NCBI GenBank assembly: GCA_973895155.1
Contig: OZ316892.1
Location: 28,836,932-28,900,931, forward strand
DNA length: 64,000 nt
From: Marsupella aquatica
Lineage: Eukaryota; Plantae; Marchantiophyta
Direction: 5' to 3'
Under the pieces are notes generated by a model. That model made no database searches. It saw only the letters and a program-made list of their open reading frames with translations, and was not told where the DNA came from. Numbering within the stretch: the stretch's first letter is position 1; every line of letters begins with the position of its first letter. A program made the translations under genes and the position numbers. Of the stretch, positions 25,683-38,597 are shown piece after piece.

Positions 25683-27856
25683 TGTCCGATCACGGAAAGA
25701 AAGGAAGAACACAGAAAGAAAGGAAGAACACAGAAAGAAAGGAAGAACAGCAAAAGAAAGTCCCTTGTATTTAAACAAGTGACAAAAAGAGCCAAGGGCG
25801 ACGATCGCCCCTCCAGGCCTCCGAATTCTTTCGCAAATAATACGCCCCTTGTGCATAGGGTCATGCGCCAGCCCTGGATCTCCTACTCCCACTCAAAACT
25901 GCATAGGGCTACGAGCCCTCGTGGCTCATCCCCTTGTCAACAATTAATACCAAGTACAGGGTGCACATCCCTGTATTTATAGTCCCCTCTTAAGTGATTA
26001 AGCACAAAAGACAATCTCGAGGACAATCAATGCCCCTAATCGTACTAATCCGGGCAGGGAACCCTTCGGGCAGTTTTTGCTGCCATGTTGCCCTTTCAGG
26101 ACCGGCCCGGGTCCAGCACTCCAGGCAAGCAGGTCCCACTCGCCTTGGCGCCCTCCACCCTACAAATGCCCTCCGCCAGCCCTCTGTCCGCCCTTCACCC
26201 GTCCGTCAACCAGAATGGGTCCCACAACACCCCCGTCGGGAAGCCATCGCATCAAGCTCGTTGCACTATGGCTACGGGGATTCTGGATTCTGAATTGTGG
26301 ACTAGAGTGGAATAGAGTGGACTATGGCTACGGGGATTGGAAATTTTTAGCATCTCTAAGGTTCAGCAAAGTCAGAGAGGACTAAGCAGATTCAGAAGGA
26401 CTTACCAGATTGGAGAGGACTACCGAAGTAATAGATCTGGAAGAGAATCAAATTAAAGCAACAAGAATATTGCTTGGAATACAGTGGGGCCAACATCTAT
26501 AGCTATGGCTATTGAGAAGCTAGATTCCAAACAGCCAACAAGTGAAAGCGTGAAGGAAACAATTCAGAATCCATTTCACAAGGTACTTATATTGCTTATT
26601 CCAAGAAGTTTTCTTTTGTGCCCTAAGTGGACTATCGGTTCCCAAGGAAGTTTGTCAGTTTCTTGTCTTTCATTCATTTCTTTCTCTAATTTTCATTCAT
26701 TCTTTCATGCAAAGTCCAACATTGTACAATCTGGCACTTTACAGAGTTTAATGCAATTTTATATGCAAATCTGGACAATTTTTTTAGTGGCCGTGACTCT
26801 TTGATCTGTTTTTTTACAAAAATTTGCTTTTCAGTTTACTCTACTGAGTTTAATGCACATTTTTTATGCAAAGGCTGACGGCGAACAATCTTTTGGTTGG
26901 AGTGACTCTGTGATTTGTTCTTTTACGAAAACTTTCCTTTTCAGATGCCTGTGCAAAAATCTACATAGATTTGCAGAATTGTCAATAGATTTTGGTCTAT
27001 GTGCTATGTGATCTGTTCTTTGACAAAGCCTTTCTTTTTCACTTATCTTTGCAGAGTTCTAAATAGATTACCGTGGTCCAATCTGCATAAGGACAATCAA
27101 AATCTTGTTTACTTCAATTCTCTCTTTGAAGTTTTTTTTAAATACTTGGTCACTTGTGTACGTAACTGCGTTAACATTCTAGTTGAGGGGAGTATAACTG
27201 TACATCTCAACCAGGACCAAGTATTTAAAGAAAATGAAACCAAAACATAAAGAAGTAAAAGAAGATCGAAAGAATGTGGATTATTTTTCAGGGCAACCTG
27301 GAAAGAGGAAGCAAGATGAAGACTTTGAGAAAAGTGAAGGTAAACAAAATCGACACCACTGTTAAAGACTTGATTCAACAAAAGCATCAATTCCACTCTG
27401 GTTGACAGACGGGTGAAGGGCGGACGGAGGGCTGGCGGAGGGCATTTGTAGGGTGGAGGGCGCCAAGGCGAGCGGGACCTGCTTGCCTGGCATGCAGGAC
27501 CTGGGCCGGTTCTGAAAGGGCAACGTGGCTGCAAAAACTGCCCGAAGGGTTCCCTACCCGGATTAGTACGATTAGGAGCATTGATTGTCCTCGAGATTGT
27601 CTTTCGTGCTTAATCTTAAGTGCCTTGGGCCTCCCCTCTTAAGTGCCTTGGGCCTCATACGAGGTCTCCTCACACTTGGCTCCCCCAAACAAATGGGAAG
27701 TGTACCTACACCTTTTCTCCCTTCAAAAAACCATGTAAGGCTTATGCTCCCTTGTACATATAAATGCTCACCCTACTCTGTACTTGATGGTACAGAATGT
27801 ACCTTAAACTCTACACCTTCTCCTCTTAAGTGCCGCGTACCTTCTTGTGTAGTACA
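25683..27856 (-). mobile_element. Solo LTR (~550 bp net) in the copia 5' leader, itself interrupted by a TIR element
   Basis: TGT...ACA termini, perfect TSD ACACT (25678-25682, 27857-27861), and a minus-strand TATA box CTATAAATA near 25975-25983. Confidence 0.75.
25996..27615. mobile_element. Non-autonomous DNA transposon with ~223-bp terminal inverted repeats (MULE/foldback-like)
   Basis: 25996-26218 and 27393-27615 are near-identical inverted repeats. They are flanked by a direct repeat TTAAGT (or CTTAAGTG, depending on end placement). No transposase inside. Confidence 0.88.
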
Positions 27857-30800
27857 ACACTCGTACCGGGATTAGAGTTGTACCTCCCACTGGACCCACT
27901 CACACCAAACCAAGTCGTATTAGTATACGATGATACACCGTATATTGTATAGTGCATCCGGCCGCACCGCCGTAAAAGATTGCGCAACAACTCCTGAATA
28001 AAAAATTGAGGGAAGTAGAAAATACAACTTCGAGCGAACACTCTCTACAAGGTTTATCGAGAGAAACGGGACCCCACAGGCCCCACAAGGAATACCGATA
28101 CACGAATTACACCTTAGCCAAGAGCTTAGAGCTCTAATCAGCAAAATGCAAATTGATATTGCTCCACACTCGCCGGATGAAAATATGTGAAACTATCACC
28201 GAGATGTAGTGCCCGCCGCTGCGCACAATAAATTGTCAGACTGTCCTCCCGATAGTACCCGTTGGAAACACTATGACATGTCCAATACTTCAACAAAGTT
28301 TCAATTGGGAAACCGTCACCACTTCCAAACACAAAAGGATCAACGCAAAACGGCTAGTGACATGATCATGCAATCATTGATGACGATTCAATCTTCCACC
28401 ACGATCCAACACACAAACGCTCTCACCACTGCCCAAGCCACCAAACCACAAACACGAAGATCTGATACCACTTGTAAGAAACCGTCGGCTCCAGACTAGA
28501 CAACAATGCGGAAACATGAGAGACACTCAATCAGACACTACAACGACAAGACACCCCGAGTGGAGAAACTCCTGAAGGCTCCATAGCAAATGAGAGTACA
28601 TGTGAAGAATCAGGGAGAGAGTGCTCTCCCTCTAGCCTATACCCCCCAAGGGGGCCAAGATGAGTGGGCCTAAACTAAACGGATCTTATCCTAATGTAAT
28701 CCAGGGTTAACAACCCCTAGTAAGGCCAAACTAACTAAGTCGGGAACTCGAGTCAATTCCTAACAGTTATATCCATGCAGTTGTAGTGGCCATGGTGTCA
28801 TCGCAACCATGTTATTGGGCGTGCAAGTTTTGTGTGCAAATAAAGTTGAAGAATTACAGTTATTCATCTCAATAAAAACATTATGTGTAAGATGTTTAAA
28901 TACAAATGTGAGGCCTTGTTGTTCAATGCTCACAACATGCAAATGTTAAATATGCGCAAGCTGATTGCAAAGATAGAAATAAACTGATATGATCATAAGT
29001 TGATAATCGCAGATAAGATTAAGTGCTGAAAACACGAAACGTCTGTTGGAAGACGTAAACTTCCATAGCCTTGGGCCCAAGAGGAGCTCTCACTCAAGCC
29101 CTCAAAAATCAAAGTTTGTCCTGGGATCCAGACGGTCCACCCTGAGTCTGGCCCTTCCCATGACCCGCCCAACTCCCACGCTAGTCCAAGTCTTACTGTG
29201 CGTCACAAACTTAGGGCATTGCCCTTGCTAGTGCAATGCTTCGTTGCCCACTAGTCCCCTCTGGATGGCCGTTCCGGAGGCCCGGACCATAGAGGGGCTT
29301 GGTGTTGGAGTCAACGATGCCAGAGCTAAGCGTAAGGGTAGTCGAGTTCCGCGACTGTGACTTTGTGAAGGAATTTTTGTGTCTATCCTTTAAAAAAACT
29401 AGAAGAGGGTGTCACAGATGTTAAGAAGAGAAAGGAGAGGGAAAATAACATGGGTTGCCTTTCGTTGTTGGGTAATTAGGCATGTGTCCTTCTGTTTAAA
29501 GCTAGAATTTAAAAAGTCAGGCAAAGAAGAAACAGAGAGAACAAATAGACACAAAACAGTCAGGCAAGGAAGGAGGCCCAAGGATTGTACTTCAAGCGGC
29601 ACAGTGGAGGTAGAGGTAATACAGGGGTCAATGCACCGCAGATGGCAAGGCCAGGATCTGTCCATGTGGGCAAGCAGGTGCCCAAGGCTTGAGGGGCTCA
29701 ATATATTTTGTGATCTAAGAGTCAGCAAAAAATGCCAAGAGATCAATCAAACACTATAATGCCAAAAGATTTCAGCTCCCAAGAAGAAATTAACACTTTT
29801 TTTGTGTTGAGCAACAAGAGATTGTTGACAATTTCATGAAGGAGAGTTGTAGCATGCACAGTTATCAAACCATCAAATCCTGTCAAAAAATGTGAACCCT
29901 AATATTTATATTAACAGAATGAAAAATAATCTAATCAAACCCTAATATTTCTATTAAGAAAATGAAAATTAATTTAATAGAATTTACCCCTCTGCATTCC
30001 ATGATGAATAATGCAACAACATGGACCAAAAATCCATTGTCACTTTGATGGAAGTGTAACTTGCTTAGTTCTCTAGCACATACTCAAAACCCAAAAACAT
30101 TTGAATTTATGAAGATCAAGTTACTACAGTCTAAACTCAAATTTGGTCCATGGGAGTTTCAAAAGACCAACTTTGTGATCAATGGGAGCATCATTTTGAG
30201 CATTGTGAGCTAGAGTTTTCCTTATAGGTGAAGTAACTTTGACTTTTGGGCATTGTGAGCCAGAGTGATTGGTCTTCTGATCTGTTCTTCATTTATATAA
30301 ATGAAAGAATATATGCGGGCATCATTAAAGGTTTCCATAAGTCCAGCATCCCAATGGGATGCAGTCATGTTTAACTTGAAGGGAAACGTAGTTTACTCTC
30401 CTGGCAGTGTACACAAGGGTGAGACTCAACTCGCTTTTTCTGCTGGAGAGAAGTCACAAATCGTAAGTCCATTTATTTTCTCTCCTGGCGTTTCTCTCTG
30501 TAGTCATTTTTCTAAGCGCCTAGAATCGCTGTTATAACCTAGAGAGAGAAGATTGGGCAAAAGAAAATACTTACCAAAAATTTCAATGTGACGGTTCAAC
30601 AATTCAAAATTAGGGAACTCAGAACTATCAGTCTCTACTCTTTTCCGAATCTGTGGACTCAGCTTGTTCATACTATACCCATCGAGATTATAACGGGGCA
30701 TAGCATCGACCAATTGAGCCATTCGTCCCAGCATCTGCCCTAAACAAATTTCTCCATGTCGCTTGATCTGCTGAGGAGAAGAGGAGAAAACATGACCTCT

Positions 30801-31262
30801 CTAAGAAAGATCTATAGTATTACTCTATTTGGCCGATTACCTATAAGAGTCTATATCTTAATTCAGAGTACTCCACTAACAGCTTCAAATCGTTTCAATT
30901 ACGGAGTATATTCTAGCAGACGGGTAGTTGGACTCCTGCGACCAGATTTGTAAATTACAATAAAATCATTTGCACAAATTTAAATGGACTGGCACTATTC
31001 CCTTACATTCTCATAGCTCCTCCATCCTTGCCATCTCCATTGGAAGAGGAGTTTTGCAGGGACCAACCAACATGAACCAGTGACCCAACTGATTTTGAGG
31101 TATCCATAGGTGTCAATTTGCACCTTTAGTCCTTGGTGGAAGACAGAATCTGCCAGTTGAATTAGTCATTGAGTACAAACGCGACCTTCAGTAAGTGGAC
31201 TTTTCCGGTCGCTTTCCTTAGGCTTACGGAGCATTGTGAAGAAAAAACCACTTCGAAATGGT

Positions 31263-32126
31263 TCAAGCTGCCATTGATTTCTCTTCTGTTCTTTCAGAAA
31301 GACCAAAGCTGTTCAAAACCACCTGAGTTTCTTCTAAAGCACTCCCATCACGTACTATTCTGAATGTTCCAGGTAGAGTTAGGTCAACAATCGTAGAGCC
31401 AGCCCTTCCAGGAGGCAGCAGACCAGAATCAAAGACAAAAGAACAATGCGCCCAGAGATGCCGGAATTCGTCAACACTGACAGTGCTGGCCTGGCTGCTC
31501 AGATTGGCACTTGTGAGCGCAAGAGCCCCTCTGAATGTCCTGCAGAGGCGGCGAATGAAAGAATCATCCGGTATTCTCACCCCAATGCTTGGTAAGCCAG
31601 GGTTCAAAGACTTGTCCAACAAGCTGGAATTCCCTCGAGGCAGAATCAGAGTAACGGGTCCTGGAAAGAGAGCTCCTAACAAGCCATGTGGTAGGTGCTT
31701 CACCGTCCCGTACAGCTCAATATCCTCCACATCGGCCACACAGATGGCCAGAGGTTTCGTTGCGCTACGGCCTTTGATGTTGTAGATTTTCTGTATGGCA
31801 TTTTCAGAGCGTGCATCACAAGCAAACCCGTAAAGTGTATCGGTGGGAACTGCAATGACCTGCGACCTGTTCAAAGCGTCTGCGGCGCTAGAAATGTGAA
31901 CAGCTTCAGCAGGGAGCACCAACCCATTTTCCCAGAAATCTTCCTTGGTTTCGATGGTGGGAAAGTTATTTAGAGCCATAGCGGGACTTGGAGAAACTAG
32001 CTTGAGCCTTCCAGCAGCAATTCTACCCCTTCCAACCCAGCCCACGGATCTCACGCCGACTTGACTGCCATAAGTTGCGCACATACCAGTTTTGAACAGC
32101 CGAATCCATTCCAGGTTCATAATCAT
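31263..32126 (-). CDS. YRDC: YrdC/Sua5 (TsaC) threonylcarbamoyl-AMP synthase with an N-terminal extension; single coding exon
   Basis: Motifs VIAVPTDTLYGFACDA, IKGR..KPLAICV, PGPVTLIL, GVRIPD, LALTSANLS and GSTIVDL. First in-frame ATG is at 32126, with further ATGs downstream. Confidence 0.93.
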   Translation of the reverse strand: MIMNLEWIRLFKTGMCATYGSQVGVRSVGWVGRGRIAAGRLKLVSPSPAMALNNFPTIETKEDFWENGLVLPAEAVHISSAADALNRSQVIAVPTDTLYGFACDARSENAIQKIYNIKGRSATKPLAICVADVEDIELYGTVKHLPHGLLGALFPGPVTLILPRGNSSLLDKSLNPGLPSIGVRIPDDSFIRRLCRTFRGALALTSANLSSQASTVSVDEFRHLWAHCSFVFDSGLLPPGRAGSTIVDLTLPGTFRIVRDGSALEETQVVLNSFGLSERTEEKSMAA

Positions 32127-32414
32127 CGAGAATTCGCCCCCTTGGAACAAGATCAAACCAAACCATCATGCCAAGACGATAAATTCCTGTCCATACTACG
32201 GTAACAATCCGATTTCAATCCACAAAGAAACAGGATAGCTGTCCAGAGCTGTAGCTTCACGGGACAGAGGTCCGACAATGAAAGACGGAGAAAAATCTTA
32301 GTCATCAACAGCGAGAACAGAAGTTCTCGAGCGACGTGGGGCTCTCCCTCACAAAAGTGCCGTCCGTCCGCAGGGCCCTTGTAAGCTCGAAGCAATCGCA
32401 CGAGACAGAAGAAG

Positions 32415-32431
32415 AAACCCTAACCCCTAAA
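32415..32431. promoter_or_regulatory. Telo-box (AAACCCTA) repeat upstream of YrdC
   Basis: aaaccctaaccctaaa; telo-boxes are common near plant translation-related genes. Confidence 0.45.
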
Positions 32432-33409
32432 CCTCTGGCATCCGCGCCCGGTTCCCAATAATCTCTCCACCCTGGATCACAAAACTCTGGATGTCGAGGT
32501 GAGCTATAACGACGACGTTGTTAGAGCAACCTCGCAACAACTGCTCTTACTACCAATTTCTGTCTCGCCGATCATTGACGACGTTCTAATGACCACACTC
32601 CGAGACTAAGATAAACCCTGAAGACTATTGCTATATCACAACGGTTTCACGAATCTCACACAAAGCAAAGTGACTTGGTTACATTTATTCAAAGATAAAA
32701 GGTACAGTTCTACCGAAACATTCAGAATCTCTTCAATATCTGCAGGTTTCGCGAGAAAGAGAACATCACAAGAAAACAGCTCTAAAGAAACATTCAGAAA
32801 TCTCTTCAAAATCTGCGCGTTCGCAAGAAAGAGAGTTCAAAAGAAATATGAGGGATACAAGAGCGACATTGTGGGGAACGAGCGGAGGACAAACCATAGC
32901 ATCAGAGGCGCTCCTAGCCGGGACACCGTCGAAACTCCCGAAATCGTCGATCCAAAAGATGGCACAGGTCTACGCTAGCTCGTCTGCCAGTAAGTTAAGT
33001 TAATGAACTTCTCAGAATTATGTCGTTGGCAAAACCTTCTGAGGGCAGCTCCACTCAGTTTTCTTTATGAAAATCTCAAAATCCAGAATGGAACGATTCA
33101 AAGCGGCTGTCCCTGGAAAGCCATTGGGATGGGTACCAGTTGCCACAATTGCCACAGCCTGCCCAAACAGCCAAAAGTGTTTTAGTGTAACTAGCCCCAT
33201 GTCTCTGCATTATGTTCAGTGCGAATAAAAGATGTCAAAGAAGAGAAAAAATGTTAAGGAGAGAAAAGATGGATGTGAAGACAAAAACAATGTCAAGGAG
33301 GAAAAGAGATGTTGAAGTGAGGAAAAGAAGACAAGATATCAAGGTAAAAAAACAATGTTGAAGAGAGTAAAAGATGTGGAGTTGAACAAAATATGTCAAG
33401 ACACTACTT

Positions 33410-33509
33410 TTGGCGTGGTATATATAAGACTAGGAGAACCAGGTTTTTGTGCTCTTTATTAGCGTGAAGACTTCCCTGGTTCTTCCTAGTCTTATATATA
33501 CCACGCCAA
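33410..33509. repeat. Near-perfect 34-bp inverted repeat with a 31-nt spacer (MITE-like or hairpin)
   Basis: ttggcgtggtatatataagactagg-agaaccagg / cctggttcttcctagtcttatatataccacgccaa, differing by one bulged base. Confidence 0.9.
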
Positions 33510-33929
33510 TAAACCAGGTACCTTGCAATGAGTCAGGTTTGCACTCCCGTAGGTTGCACTTAGAAAGACGCAACTGTAGTCATGCAGTCAAGAGTTTAGG
33601 GTACATTATCCTCAGTCCACTTCCATCACAGCACATCATTATTTCAATGGCTTAACGTGGTGTATATTACTTCCATTTATTCCCTAGAATGCTCTCGAAG
33701 CTCCATTCCATACTTTCCCTTGAAGAACTCTCCACTTTTGACTTACTGGCAGCATGAAAAGCAATGGGATCATTTTGGGAGAAGGAAACTACTTCAGACT
33801 TTATTAATAACTTTGTCCTTTCCATCCCCACGACTGCGTAAAGTGACAGATGTTCCTTACTTGGGGAAAGGCAAAAGATGGCCTGCGATGACTGCAAGTC
33901 AGCTCACCTCTGTCCAAGTTTGAGGATAG

Positions 33930-34450
33930 CAAGGGTGAGGGATCAATGAGGGCATTGTGTGGAGGGCGGGGGCATGTACTCACAATGATAGCAAGTACCA
34001 CCTCAAGAGGGTGCGCGCCAGGCTCAGGACATAGGCAGCTTCCCTGATTCAGGGAGACACCTGTTTTGTCATTAAATGCACCTCTATCTCCCCCACACCC
34101 ACCGGAAGACTCTTCCCATTTTTAGGTCCCACTTCACTTTCAGGCCAGCCTTTTTGGTCCCCTCGCTGCCCCTGCCCACCTTAAAACCCTGCCAGTTTGG
34201 TAGCCCCTTGACTACTTCATTTTTTATAATGGGTTCTCTGGCACACTCTCTGGGTTTTGAAAGTTTGCAAGGAATTGGTACAAGCATGGGTCCTAGTTCT
34301 TTGAGTGTCTTGACAAATGTGTCAAGCACAATACCTTTGGCAGACCCTGTTGTTTTCCAGGGTAGCCAACTTAGACTATTCTCAACCTTGTATGTAAAAA
34401 GATATGTGATTGAGTGATTAATTGTAGGGTGGTAGACTGCCATTGGCATC
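33930..34450 (-). pseudogene. Possible highly degraded retroelement gag fragment
   Basis: The minus strand gives 'LDTFVKTLKE' and, downstream, CYHCEYMPPPSTQCP, a CCHC-knuckle-like spacing that lacks the His. Weak resemblance only. Confidence 0.3.
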
Positions 34451-35324
34451 TTTGATGGGTCCAAGTCTACATCACACAGCCATTGGGTTACAAGAGGTTG
34501 GTTTGCTCCATGTGCATATGTCGAGTCATTGAACCTGGGTTCCTCAATTTGTTTCCGTTTTCCTGACATGATTAGGCATGACTTTGTTCCAGGTTCTTGT
34601 AGATTGTAGTGCTGGAGAACAAGATGAGAAGACACCCAAGAGTGCCTTTGTCAACAAGAGGAAGGCACTTTTGCAACTCGTAGAGCAAAGGCCTGTCGCC
34701 AAGACCATTATATTCTGCAACAAGGTCAGAATTTGGTGCTGAATGCCTCATCTAATGGCAACGTCAAGGGGACCTTATTAATTGTAGAGTTTTTTTAGGC
34801 AAGGAGATTACTACAGCTTGGAAGAGTTATTTTTGCGGATTTTCTTGTCCCAGGTGGAGACGTGCAGAAAAGTGGAGAATGGTCTTTTTCGGTATGACAG
34901 GTGGCAAAAAGATCACTGTGCTACACTACCATGCAGCTCTGTCCTTGGAAACACGCCTTGAGAGCATGGAGACCTTTTTAAAGTCCCATCGAAAGGAACA
35001 CTTGTTTTTGGTATGCACTGACAGGTATGAGCAGCACAAATTTTGGAGTCCTCCATGTGCAGCAGTGCAGCAGTACAATACTTCAGTTCCATAGCTCAAT
35101 TCACCCATATGGAAGTCCTGGAAAAAGTCATGACAATACTTCATTGGAGACATCTGAGATCCCCATGTTTAATCAAGAAGTTAATGAAACTCTGAAGATT
35201 TGACTAGAAAAAGGAATTGATTAAGCTTCAATACTCTCAAGCACAGTTTCAAGCTGGCATAGTGAAATGACTTGGGATTGTTGTCGGTTGACATAGCATG
35301 GCTTGGGTTCTAGAGATACTGAGC

Positions 35325-35450
35325 TGATTTGTGGATGGGGTTCCTTGGCAGAGCATAAAGTGATTGACTCCTTGGACGCACAGTTAGTGATTTGTGGATG
35401 GGGTTCCTTGGCAGAGCATCAAGTGATTGACTCCTTGGACGCACAGTTAG
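35325..35450. repeat. 63-bp tandem duplication
   Basis: Two copies differing at one base. Confidence 0.95.
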
Positions 35451-37277
35451 TGGTGCCGGTGGAACAGGGAAGGTTTCAAAAAACCACAACCACTCAAAAG
35501 GGTTTTGGCACAAGCCTTACTCATTTACGAAATGCGAGACTGCAAAGGATAACCTCCACGTTCCGACGTTCCTAGAGACGAGCAATTACACAAACGGGTA
35601 CCAATAACGCGAGGTATGTTTCAGTGGTATTCAGGTTCCTACCTGTCTGGGGCTACTGAGACTAGCATCTTTGAATTCGATCGAATACATATCTCGTGCT
35701 TTCATTGTATGAAAATGACGTTAATTTGGTACATCATTTGGTGTGAAGTTCAAGCAACTACGAAATCAGAATCCTTCAGACACTGGGGACATCCCACCGT
35801 TCGAGAATCTTAATTCAAAATATTTGAAATACAGAGATTAATCTGAGCTGACGAAGACCGATTTTATGATCAAATTTGCTGTATGATCGTATTCCCATCA
35901 CTAACTGCCATGTTTCCTTCTCTATTCGTCATCAAGTTCGGACCCATCCGACTGGGGAGATAACTAGTTGACTGTTTCCTTCGTTGAGTAGGATCTCTCA
36001 ACAGCCGCTGCTTTTCCTTCCTCGCAGACTTCAGACTTCTTATTCCTCGATTTTGACCTGTAAATTTCGGGTCTGCAATTTAGCTCACTGGCCGCACCCG
36101 GGGCTTCGTTTGAAAGACTAGTTTGGCTCAGTTAACTCACATTGATATGGAATGTCTATTGCAAGTTTGTGAAAGGCCTTTCTTGGGTCATCCCCTCCAC
36201 AGCACTGCCATGTTATGTGCAATTGATCCACTGGTGTCGTCATGAATGAATAGAAATTTGGAGCTGCAGGGGTCAGTAGCCACAATGGTCCCTGTGCATT
36301 GAAGGCGTTATAACTGCCAGCGTTAGTGATAGGTGAGACCGATTGCTGAAACACTGAGCAAGGGAGATAGAACATAAACATCGATTTCTGTTATGACTAG
36401 GCGAGACGGAGATACTAGGCATCAAGATTTCAGTCACGTCTCAAGCAAGGATACTCTTGATCTCTAGCAAGAGCAGTATGTGCGGACTCGTCTTCTGCTT
36501 CCTCCCAGGGCTCCAAACGAAGACACCTCGAAGGGATTAAATGGTTTCTCGAAAATTGATTCCCTGTCCAACCTGTATTAGAGGTGGATTGGGGTATAGA
36601 CTCTCAAAAACACCGTACTGGACGCATCTTCGAGAAGGCTTCGATTGTTCTAGGAGTGAGAAGGAAGGAGGGGTGGCGAGAGATGTAGAGGCGCAAATAC
36701 AAAGCAAGTGAGCCACTTGCTTTCATTACTCCCTGAATAACTGGAGCCTGCTTTCAGGAGGCACACAACTCCTCTTCCGACAAAACACTCCCAATATCGT
36801 CTAAAGTAAATCCGAGATTCGCTGCGCCAGTACTTCCGGTGGCTACCTCATTTTAGGGATTCTTCAACTCAAGTAGGCAAAGGATAGAAAGAGATCCAAT
36901 TGCATGACTTTGAACATCTCCGATTCAAACGATGTAAGTTTCAATATGCACATGATCAAACAAAGACCCAGACTCCACCGTACAATTAGCCACTCAGTAA
37001 ATTTCTTTATTAATGTTACAATCTAAAGATTGCCTCTACGCTCTCTTTCAGTTTGACTTCCGCCAATCAGTGTTCAGCACATACTGTCACTTGGAAAGGA
37101 CAAGATAGATGGAGCGGTCTAGCCTCTACATACCAAAATTAAATCAGGCTACTTTGTTGGCTCCACTAGGATGCAAATGAGGTTGCTCCTGCCAAGGAAA
37201 CTCAGTGACAGGACTCATAGGCTACTCACTGAACAAGCTGATTGTCGCTCCCAAAACTCTGTGAAGCATGGTCCTGC

Positions 37278-38115
<838 letters not shown>

Positions 38116-38316
38116 CGCAGCGACAGATAGAACAACGGAAAGGAAGGATCGAGGGAGGCAGAATCGAAGGGAGCGTCCCTGTGCGAGTATCGTCCGTCCC
38201 ACTTCGAGGTCGCGAACAAATTGCCTCGCAGCAGATCAACGCTGAAGGAGAAAGAGAATTTGGAGGTTAATTTGCGATAGGTATCAGTGAGGAAGCAGGC
38301 TATTCTGGTCCCCAAC

Positions 38317-38536
38317 CCTAACATCAAGGGCTACGATGTCACTCCGTCGAAGCCCGAAGGAACCGATCGCCGTCCATTCCCGTCTCCGTCCCCTAGCATC
38401 AAGGGTCACGATGTGACCCCATGGGGATGACTGGAGGGCAGGGATCGACAAGGATCGCCATCTATTATGGTCACTGGACCTAGCATCAAGGGCTCCCTTG
38501 TCACTTCCATGGACATCCGCAAAGAACTGATCGCCA
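38317..38536. repeat. Three 75-87 bp degenerate units upstream of RPL37A
   Basis: CCTARCATCAAGGG starts at 38317, 38392 and 38479, each followed by a downstream GATCGCC. Confidence 0.75.
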
Positions 38537-38597
38537 CAACTATATTTTAAGGTGCATTAACATAGAAACCTAGCCCCATGCCACTGCATTGGAGGAA

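Larger units (their letters stand above)
20451..28765 (-). mobile_element. Full-length decayed Ty1/copia LTR retrotransposon (Tnt1-like) with nested insertions
   Basis: LTRs at 28473-28765 and 20451-20742 are about 95% identical by eye. TSD GTTAT (20446-20450, 28766-28770), PBS TGGTATCAGA (28461-28470) and PPT at 20743-20754. Fragments of gag (FEVEKFDG, zinc knuckle), protease, integrase (RSDNGGEY, TPQQNGVAE), RT (LYVDDML) and RNase H (CDSQSA, KHIDIRYHF) carry stops and frameshifts. Confidence 0.96.

Noticed and set aside
30301-30950. Short ORFs downstream of YrdC as a gene or viral fragment
   Set aside because: No recognisable motif and interrupted by stops; cannot be supported without BLASTx.
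33402-34611. CACTA element from CACTAC (33402) to GTAGTG (~34611)
   Set aside because: The flanking trinucleotides do not match and the inverted match does not extend.
38317-38536. Repeat-spacer pattern as CRISPR-like
   Set aside because: The conserved part is only 14 bp, and the 'spacers' are related to each other and vary in length.
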